DNA of 64,000 nt from a virus. Taxonomy: Duplodnaviria; Caudoviricetes. Shown here piece by piece: positions 57,285 through 64,000 of this stretch. A program made the translations under genes and the position numbers. The stretch is taken from the IMG/VR virus record IMGVR_UViG_3300025387_000009, one strand, 5' to 3'. The stretch's first letter is position 1, and the number at the start of each line of letters is the position of its first letter. Under the pieces are notes generated by a model. The model did no database searches and was not told where the DNA came from. It was given only the letters and a program-made list of their open reading frames with translations.

Positions 57285-57949
57285 TATTGTACGACATTAT
57301 TTTGTTCAAGATCACGGATCTTCTTAGGAGCCGTATTAACGAATGTATTAAGAACTTCTTTAAGCTTTGCGATTTCGCCAGCGATACGTGTGATTGAGTC
57401 CGAAGCCTTACGAGTAATACCTCTTAAGAGACTTCCTGCACGATCATTATCTGAAAGGATACGATGAAGAGAATCATCGGATGGGTTATTCAAGAACTTT
57501 TCAAATTCATTGAGTTTTAATGCCCATTCTTTAACTTTCTTAATTGTTTCCATTGTTACATCTGGCGAAATACCTTCAACATCAAATTTTGAACCGTCTG
57601 TTTCTGGTTCTAAAGAATTTTGGAAATCTTCTTGATTTTTTTCTGGTGTAAAATCTTCAGGCGCAGCTTCTTCAGATGGCGCAGCTGGCAACTCCTCAAG
57701 TTCTTCCTGCTCCCTTAAAAGGGCAACTAAGAAACTTTTGGCAAAAAGATAATCAGAAGACTCTTCTTTTACTTTGTTAAATTCAGGTGAACCACTCATG
57801 CTTCTAGCATTTATAATTGCTTGAGCTTTTCTTTCGCAGCAACATCTCTCTGGTACAGTAGTTTTAACCTTAGATGTCTTAAACTTATTTTGAGTTTGGA
57901 ACTTAGGTTGGCTACTTTTTTTACTGTTGACTTTCTTAATAGGTTTCAT
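57284..57949 (-). CDS. Hypothetical protein (basic N-terminus, acidic middle, coiled-coil C-terminus)
   Basis: TAAATA 5 nt upstream (57955-57960). Confidence 0.6.
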   Translation of the reverse strand: MKPIKKVNSKKSSQPKFQTQNKFKTSKVKTTVPERCCCERKAQAIINARSMSGSPEFNKVKEESSDYLFAKSFLVALLREQEELEELPAAPSEEAAPEDFTPEKNQEDFQNSLEPETDGSKFDVEGISPDVTMETIKKVKEWALKLNEFEKFLNNPSDDSLHRILSDNDRAGSLLRGITRKASDSITRIAGEIAKLKEVLNTFVNTAPKKIRDLEQNNVVQ

Positions 57950-57979
57950 TAGTATATTTACAACTATTTACCTTAAAAA

Positions 57980-58651
57980 ATGCCAAATCTACCAAGTAAT
58001 TATCATTTTGTTATTGCGACACAATTTAACGATAAGGATTTTTGGGAAAAATCGCAAATTGCAATATTTTTAGAAAAAGCAGGTTATACAAATAACTGCA
58101 CAGTCTTCTTTGAAAATAAAGAAGGACTGCCAAAAGTATATAATCAGTTTTTTACTGAACAAAATAAACTGAAGAAGATTATTTTTGTTCATGATGATGT
58201 TTTAATTGAAGATTTATTTTGGGAAGAAAAGCTAAACATAGCATTTGAAAAATATGATATAGTTGGTTTGGCTGGGTCGAAGAAATGCGATCTTACAAGA
58301 CCACCAGCATGGCATTTAATGAGCGATAGACAAGATCAAGTTGGTGAAGTTGGTCATTCACATCAAAAAAATGTATGGACAACTGTTTTTGGTAAATCCG
58401 AATCTCGTGCATTAGTATTGGATGGACTTTTTATTGCCCTTAATATGGAAAGGGTTGTTCAAACCCTTTTAAGATTTGATGAAAACTTTGATTTTCATCA
58501 TTATGATATAACATTTTGTTTGAATGCTAATAAAAATAAGCTTAAAATGGGTGTAACTCCTATAAGAGTCGTTCATTTTGGGTTAGGTGATTCCATGAAT
58601 ACCAATGAATGGCAAGTTAGTGCTCAAAAATTTAATCAACTTTATAAATGA
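57980..58651 (+). CDS. Glycosyltransferase, GT2-like (GT-A)
   Basis: GLPKVYN, FVHDDV, DIVGLAG, LDGLFIA, FDENFDFHHYD. Confidence 0.82.
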   Translation: MPNLPSNYHFVIATQFNDKDFWEKSQIAIFLEKAGYTNNCTVFFENKEGLPKVYNQFFTEQNKLKKIIFVHDDVLIEDLFWEEKLNIAFEKYDIVGLAGSKKCDLTRPPAWHLMSDRQDQVGEVGHSHQKNVWTTVFGKSESRALVLDGLFIALNMERVVQTLLRFDENFDFHHYDITFCLNANKNKLKMGVTPIRVVHFGLGDSMNTNEWQVSAQKFNQLYK

Positions 58652-59025
58652 AAAACATTTTCTTTCCATATTTGCAATGGATTTTAAAAGTTACTACAAA
58701 TAAACCAGAAATTCCTAATCATGTTGGATTTCTTAGTAATAGATGGTTGTCGATGGCTAGTAAACCGATTGCACAGATTGTAAATGCTACCACTAACAGA
58801 TGGAACAATTGTCAAAATAGCTTTGATGATGCAAATGTAGTTAAAATTTATAGAACTTTAATCCCAAAGTATACAAAAAGAATAGAATACATAAAAAAAT
58901 CCCCTAAAGAAGACGAAGAGATTAATGAAAATATTGAAATTTATTCTAATTTAATGGAAATCTCAAAAAGAGAAATTGAATTATATCAAAACACACTTGA
59001 AGAATTAAATTTAACATCTAAATAA
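58648..59025 (+). CDS. Clamp loader small subunit (T4 gp62-like)
   Basis: FLSNRWLSM...IAQIVN...N, YIKK; typical size. Confidence 0.65.
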   Translation: MKNIFFPYLQWILKVTTNKPEIPNHVGFLSNRWLSMASKPIAQIVNATTNRWNNCQNSFDDANVVKIYRTLIPKYTKRIEYIKKSPKEDEEINENIEIYSNLMEISKREIELYQNTLEELNLTSK

Positions 59026-59031
59026 TACGAT

Positions 59032-59433
59032 ATGATACCCAGACCCAAACAAGAAGACCGCATCGGCGGTAAAGTACAACTAGATCATTATCTAGGACAT
59101 GCATTTGAACTAGACAATTGGAATTTAACAAAAGTATTGGATGATATTTTACTATGTCAATATATTGACGTAAACGAAGATGGTACTGAAATCCTCAGAG
59201 GTAGCGTTTGGGTTCCAATTAATGTAGTAAACATGACATGGAGACTTGCAAAGGTGTTATTAGCAGGACCGGACTGCAAAACCGTTAAACAGGGTGATGT
59301 AATAGTATTCCCAAACGATAAGGGTATTCAGGTGGCAAATCTTAACGATATGAAGAATATTGTTTTCTTAAATGAATCCCGAATTTTTGGTGTTTGTGAA
59401 CCAAAAGGAGAAAAGAAAAAGTCTAAAAAGTAA
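59032..59433 (+). CDS. GroES-like co-chaperonin (T4 gp31 analogue)
   Basis: DDILL, AKVLLAGPDC..VKQGDVIVF, LNESRIFG. Confidence 0.7.
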   Translation: MIPRPKQEDRIGGKVQLDHYLGHAFELDNWNLTKVLDDILLCQYIDVNEDGTEILRGSVWVPINVVNMTWRLAKVLLAGPDCKTVKQGDVIVFPNDKGIQVANLNDMKNIVFLNESRIFGVCEPKGEKKKSKK

Positions 59434-59813
59434 TGGCAATAAGTGTAGAAGGTTTATATGCTCTTTGTTCTAGCAATCTTGTTGAATTAAGATTTGTTAG
59501 GAGAAATAAGCGTGTAAACCCTAATACACGACGAATGCTTTGCACAAACGATCAAAGCTTATTTAAATCTGTCTTTGGTAAAGATGTTTTAAATTATAAA
59601 AAACCAAAACAAACGCCTCCGTATAATGCAAAATCGAAAGGTTTATGCACATTATGGGATATTTTAATGCAAGATTGGCGAAATATCCCAACCGAATCCG
59701 TAGAAGTTGTTGCTGTCATTCCAACCAAACCTTTAAAACAATTTTTAGTTTATTTCGACAAGGTTATTAGACCAATGAGTGCTGTTCAGAAAGAGCAGTT
59801 TATGAAAAAATAA
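59433..59813 (+). CDS. WYL_2/DUF2693-like SH3-fold protein
   Basis: VELRFVRR...RRMLCT...WD...QDWR. Confidence 0.55.
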   Translation: MAISVEGLYALCSSNLVELRFVRRNKRVNPNTRRMLCTNDQSLFKSVFGKDVLNYKKPKQTPPYNAKSKGLCTLWDILMQDWRNIPTESVEVVAVIPTKPLKQFLVYFDKVIRPMSAVQKEQFMKK

Positions 59814-59814
59814 A

Positions 59815-60174
59815 ATGACAATATACGGAACAAAATTAGAAGAGGTTTGTAAGTTTTTATTACAAAAAAATATCACTCTGGAGTTAGGAAAAAAACTCCA
59901 CAAGCAGGGTAAATTAATTTTGTTTTATCAAAAGAATTTTTATCTTACTTTTATAATGGATACACCAAAAAAGGCAAAGGAAAAAATAGAAATACCTATT
60001 CCCTTTGATGTAGAGCTTCATGAGGAAGACGATTTGGTGTATTTTGATTATAGAATTAAAACTTTATCAAAACATGCACCTGAAATAGAAAATAATTTAA
60101 TTTTATACCCTTCAAAGGTTGCAGGAAATAAATTTTGGGATACAATATTAACTATCAATGCAAGAATCAACTAA
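59815..60174 (+). CDS. Hypothetical protein
   Basis: In operon; no motif recognised. Confidence 0.55.
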   Translation: MTIYGTKLEEVCKFLLQKNITLELGKKLHKQGKLILFYQKNFYLTFIMDTPKKAKEKIEIPIPFDVELHEEDDLVYFDYRIKTLSKHAPEIENNLILYPSKVAGNKFWDTILTINARIN

Positions 60175-60424
60175 AAACATATATAGTGCTTTTTCAGGAA
60201 CGTTTTATACGATCCCCGAAAAAGATTTTTCACTTTTGGATATGGGGCAACTACCTTTAACCAAAAAACCATCTTCAAGCTGTAAGAAATGTCTAGGAAG
60301 AGGTCATATTGGTAGAGATAGTCAAACTTTTACATATCAAATATGTAATTGTGTTAGAAAAGTGCTAGATATAGAAGAAATTAAGAAAAGTATTACTGAT
60401 AAAATTGATTTGAATAATCTATAG
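60158..60424 (+). CDS. Small zinc-ribbon protein
   Basis: CKKCLGRGHIG...CNC (DnaJ-type CxxCxGxG). Confidence 0.6.
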   Translation: MQESTKNIYSAFSGTFYTIPEKDFSLLDMGQLPLTKKPSSSCKKCLGRGHIGRDSQTFTYQICNCVRKVLDIEEIKKSITDKIDLNNL

Positions 60425-60447
60425 TAAAAAGGGGTAAATAGTATGTA

Positions 60448-60786
60448 ATGATGACATACAATATACCTCAACATATTGCTGGTGATACTTGGGTCGGTAT
60501 CACCGATATTACCATTAATAGAAATGGTTCAGCAATAGATTTAACAGGAGCATATGCGGAATTTCAAGTTAAATTTCAAATCGATGCCCCAACGGTTATT
60601 GATTTAAATACAAAAGCTGGCACAATAACATTTATAAACCCTACATCATCAGGTCAACTTGTAATTCCGCCTCAGATAATCGACGTTCCGCCAGCTAATT
60701 ACACTTATACTTTAAGAGTTACGTTATCATCGGGTGAAGTTGATACGTTTTTAACAGGAACGTGGCCCATCGTTAGATATACCTAA
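60448..60786 (+). CDS. BppU-N-like tail-fibre attachment/upper baseplate protein
   Basis: GDTW, AIDLTGAY, G.L.I, YTLRVTLSSGEVDT...G; TAAATA 7 nt upstream. Confidence 0.65.
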   Translation: MMTYNIPQHIAGDTWVGITDITINRNGSAIDLTGAYAEFQVKFQIDAPTVIDLNTKAGTITFINPTSSGQLVIPPQIIDVPPANYTYTLRVTLSSGEVDTFLTGTWPIVRYT

Positions 60787-60787
60787 A

Positions 60788-63700
60788 ATGAGTTGTAACG
60801 ATGAAATTATTATAAATCAAAACACGACTCAAAATAGTGTTTTTGTAAATGAATTATCTGCTAATCAATCAATAGAAATTATTGCAGGTGGTGGTTCTTT
60901 AGTTTTATCTGTTAATGGGCAGATTGGTAATGTCATTATAACACCATCATCAATAGGGTTAGGTAACGTTGACAATACAAGTGATTTAAATAAACCTCTA
61001 TCATATGCTACTATCAGTGCTTTATTGTTAAAAACTGATTTATCGGCATTTAATGCACTTAATAATTTAGTAACTAGTCAATATCTTTCATGGGAAAACG
61101 TATATTTTACGGTTAATACTTTAAGTGGTAATTGGAATAATAGTTATAATTGGGTTAACAATAATAGTTCGAATGCAATATTTAATACAATTTCTGCATC
61201 ATCATTATCTGGTGTTTTTTATGGTGATGGCAGTCATTTAATTGGCGCATCTTTACCAAATCAAGTAACTATTAATAGTATAGTTTCTTCTAATTCTGCA
61301 AATTGGAATTCATCATATAATACGGTATTAAATTTAAGTGCTAATTGGAATTCTATTTCTTTTTTACAGACTCTTTCAACTAATGATCAATCTGTTTATG
61401 CTCAAGTTAATACATTAAGTTCTAATTGGAACAGCGGAAGTGGATTTCAGTCTCAATCCGCTAATAATGCTAGTGTTTATAGTAATGTAAATTCGAATTC
61501 TGCTAATTGGAATAGTATATCATTTTTACAGGCTTTATCTGCTAATGATAAGTCTGTTTATTCTACATTTAACGCACAGTCTGCAAATAATGCATCGGTA
61601 TATAACCAAGTTAACAGTTTAAGTTCTGGTTGGGGTAATGGTGGATCTAGTATTTCTGCATCGGTTAGTGGTAATTGGCAGTCAACATATGCAACTGTAT
61701 CAAGTTTAAGTTCTACTTGGAGTTCAATTTCTTTCTTACAGGTACTATCAGCTAACGATCAATCAGTATTCAGTAACGTAAATTCTAATTCTGCTAATTG
61801 GAGTTCAATTTCTTTCTTACAGGTAGCTAGTGCTAATAATGCTAGTGTTTATAGTAATGTAAATTCGAATTCTGCTAATTGGAATAGTATATCATTTTTA
61901 CAGGCTTTATCTGCTAATGATAAGTCTGTTTATTCTACATTTAACGCACAGTCTGCAAATAATGCATCGGTATACACTAATGTAAACTCAAATTCAGCAA
62001 ACTGGAGTTCGATATCTTTCTTACAATCAGCTAGTGCTAATAATGCATCGGTATACACTAATGTAAACTCAAATTCAGCAAACTGGAGTTCGATATCTTT
62101 CTTACAATCAGCTAGTGCTAATAATGCATCTGTTTATACATATGTAAATCAAAATACTTCTAATTGGAATAATGCATACAATAATGCAATTTATACAATT
62201 AACGGAACTAGTAATCAAATAACAGTAACACCTGCTGGTAATAATACTGGAAATAATTCAGCAACAATTAGTTTACCTAATACTGTTAACATAACTACTC
62301 TTAATGTCCTTAGTACACTTAATGTTACTGGATCTGCTAATTTTTATAATACAAATTATTTTGCAGTTAGCGACAATATAATTTATTTTGGTGAAGGTAA
62401 TACTGGTAACACTCTTGATTTGGGATTGGTATCGCATTTTGTAGGAAACCTTAATAACGGTCAGAATAAATATCAACATACTGGTTTAGTTAGACAAGCG
62501 GGACAAAATTCACCAGCAGTCTGGACATTATTTTCAGGATTAACATCAGAGCCTGAATCAACACCAAGCGGAATTAATTGGAGTGATCCTTATCTCCAAA
62601 TGGATAGTTTAAGTGCTAATATATACGCCGCAGGTGGTAATAGCAATCAATGGTCTTCAACATATACAGCTTTTAATACACAAAGCGCAAATAATGTTAG
62701 TGTATACAGTTCTGTTAATTCAAATTCAGCTAATTGGAATAGTATATCGTTCTTACAGTCAGCTAGTGCAAATAATTCATCTGTTTATAGTACCTTTAAC
62801 GCACAATCTGCAAATAATGCATCGGTTTATAGTTCAGTAAATTCAAATAGTGCAAATTGGAGTTCAATATCTTTCTTACAATCAGCTAGCGCAAATAACA
62901 CATCAGTATTCAGTTCATTTAATACACAGTCAGCTAACAATGCATCTGTATATTCAACTTTTAACATTCAAAGTGCAAATAATGCATCAGTTTATAGTTC
63001 GGTAAACACCAATAGTGCAAATTGGAGTTCAATATCTTTCTTACAGTCTGCATCAGCTAACAATATTAGTGTTTATAGTTCATTTAATACACAGTCAGCT
63101 AACAATGTTAGTGTTTATAGTTCATTTAATACACAGTCAGCTAACAATGCATCTGTATATTCAACTTTTAACATTCAAAGTGCAAATAATGCATCAGTTT
63201 ATAGCTCATATAATCAAAATTCATCTTATATAACTACAACAAGTAATATAACAGCAACTATAGCAGCTGGAAATATTGCTATTGGTAATGTTATTAATGC
63301 TGGTACTACTTTACAGCAATTTATAACCAATTTAATAACAACAATTTATTATCCAACATCATCGGCTCCATCTACTTCTTTATCTTTATCATCACCATTT
63401 AATACATCCACTGTTGAAGCTGGTACATCAGCAACATCTATAACATTTACCGACACCTTAAACCAAGGTAACGTAGCTGGTAAATTGGTAGGCGGATTCT
63501 GGCAAGCTGGTACATCTCAAGGTACATTAGTAGGCTCACCTTCTGCTTATTATTTTATGGGTGTTAATGTAGGGTCAACAAATCCTTATGTATCATCTGC
63601 AAATGTTATTATTGCAGACGGTGCTAACACTTTCAATACAACTGTTTATTATAATTCAGGTTCTCAATTTTATAATAGCGTAAATCAACCTTGGAATCAA

Positions 63701-64000
63701 CCATATCCAGCTGGATCAGTTAATGGATCAACAACAGTTACTGGGTATAGAAAAGCATTTTATGGTACTAATATAACAAATGTGGCTAGTCCAACCGCAT
63801 CTGATGTCAGAGCTTTAGCAGGAAGTGTTTTAAATCCAAACAACTCAACTAATTTTTCAGTAAACGTAGTTGCTGGTACGACAACAAATGTAGCATTTGC
63901 ATATCCAACGTCGTATATTTCAAACACACCACAGGCAATTAATAGCGGAACTGGATATAACGATATTAATGCATTTAACAAATCTACAATATTAGTAGGC
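60788..64000 (+). CDS. Long tail fibre/adhesin, Asn/Ser-rich repeat protein (>1071 aa, 3'-truncated; not in ORF track)
   Basis: Frame from ATG 60788 has no stop through 64000; SVNGQIGNV and GLGNVDNTSDLNKP tail-fibre motifs, GVFYGDGS.L, SANNxSVYS repeats. Confidence 0.85.
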   Translation, partial: MSCNDEIIINQNTTQNSVFVNELSANQSIEIIAGGGSLVLSVNGQIGNVIITPSSIGLGNVDNTSDLNKPLSYATISALLLKTDLSAFNALNNLVTSQYLSWENVYFTVNTLSGNWNNSYNWVNNNSSNAIFNTISASSLSGVFYGDGSHLIGASLPNQVTINSIVSSNSANWNSSYNTVLNLSANWNSISFLQTLSTNDQSVYAQVNTLSSNWNSGSGFQSQSANNASVYSNVNSNSANWNSISFLQALSANDKSVYSTFNAQSANNASVYNQVNSLSSGWGNGGSSISASVSGNWQSTYATVSSLSSTWSSISFLQVLSANDQSVFSNVNSNSANWSSISFLQVASANNASVYSNVNSNSANWNSISFLQALSANDKSVYSTFNAQSANNASVYTNVNSNSANWSSISFLQSASANNASVYTNVNSNSANWSSISFLQSASANNASVYTYVNQNTSNWNNAYNNAIYTINGTSNQITVTPAGNNTGNNSATISLPNTVNITTLNVLSTLNVTGSANFYNTNYFAVSDNIIYFGEGNTGNTLDLGLVSHFVGNLNNGQNKYQHTGLVRQAGQNSPAVWTLFSGLTSEPESTPSGINWSDPYLQMDSLSANIYAAGGNSNQWSSTYTAFNTQSANNVSVYSSVNSNSANWNSISFLQSASANNSSVYSTFNAQSANNASVYSSVNSNSANWSSISFLQSASANNTSVFSSFNTQSANNASVYSTFNIQSANNASVYSSVNTNSANWSSISFLQSASANNISVYSSFNTQSANNVSVYSSFNTQSANNASVYSTFNIQSANNASVYSSYNQNSSYITTTSNITATIAAGNIAIGNVINAGTTLQQFITNLITTIYYPTSSAPSTSLSLSSPFNTSTVEAGTSATSITFTDTLNQGNVAGKLVGGFWQAGTSQGTLVGSPSAYYFMGVNVGSTNPYVSSANVIIADGANTFNTTVYYNSGSQFYNSVNQPWNQPYPAGSVNGSTTVTGYRKAFYGTNITNVASPTASDVRALAGSVLNPNNSTNFSVNVVAGTTTNVAFAYPTSYISNTPQAINSGTGYNDINAFNKSTILVG
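61460..61974 (+). repeat. 143-bp exact direct repeat (61460-61602 = 61832-61974)
   Basis: Base-by-base comparison; offset 372 bp, in frame. Confidence 0.9.
61958..62130 (+). repeat. 81-bp exact tandem repeat (about 2.1 copies; 27-aa unit)
   Basis: Copies start at 61958, 62039, and 62120 (partial). Confidence 0.9.
62684..63220 (+). repeat. Ten SANNxSV modules (three 27-aa, seven 14-aa), including an 86-bp exact repeat (62912-62997 = 63119-63204)
   Basis: Translated directly. Confidence 0.88.

Noticed and set aside
61400-63220. CRISPR array or DGR template/variable repeats
   Set aside because: Repeats are in-frame coding modules without unique spacers; no cas or reverse transcriptase gene is present.
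2973-63981. Numerous short overlapping/antisense ORFs in the track (e.g. 2973-3209, 5390-5674, 8574-8843, 14784-15086, 17131-17421, 49449-49811, 62273-63981 set)
   Set aside because: They shadow well-supported genes on another frame or strand, and have no motifs or promoter/start context.
1-64000. tRNA, rRNA, integrase or IS elements
   Set aside because: Intergenic gaps are almost all under 60 bp, no cloverleaf/TTCGA-type arms were found by eye, and no recombinase or transposase motifs. tRNAscan-SE would confirm.

Overview
AT-rich 64-kb segment of a large lytic T4-like (contractile-tailed) bacteriophage genome, not a bacterial chromosome. 1-14.8 kb: tail/baseplate and packaging genes (tape-measure-like, gp48/54, gp53, terminase gp17, gp3/19-like, gp27-like hub, and a gp5 split into two genes). 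14.8-49.8 kb, mostly minus strand: replication/recombination core (gp45, gp32, gp59-like, gp41, UvsX, ThyX, gp43, gp46, gp47, gp55, UvsW, UvsY). Between gp47 and gp46, normally near-adjacent, lies a 16.6-kb, 21-gene, largely translationally coupled glycan island: 12 soluble glycosyltransferase-like genes, 3 methyltransferases (one frameshifted in an A9 tract), 2 SDR epimerases, and an apparently complete nucleotide-heptose pathway (transaldolase, GmhA, HddA, HAD-phosphatase/cytidylyltransferase fusion). This is the best candidate for an undescribed system; its acceptor must be cytoplasmic (virion protein or phage DNA). 49.8-64 kb, mostly plus strand: origin-like AT-rich spacer, lysis cassette (u-spanin-like lipoprotein, holin, muramidase; implies a diderm host), primase, gp62, GroES-like protein, and a >1071-aa Asn/Ser-rich repeat tail-fibre gene that runs off the window and is missing from the ORF track. 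Both sigma70-like promoters (mostly 16-bp spacer) and TAARTA late promoters typically sit 5-8 nt upstream of start codons with no Shine-Dalgarno, implying largely leaderless mRNAs. All family assignments come from motif recognition by eye; no database searches were run.
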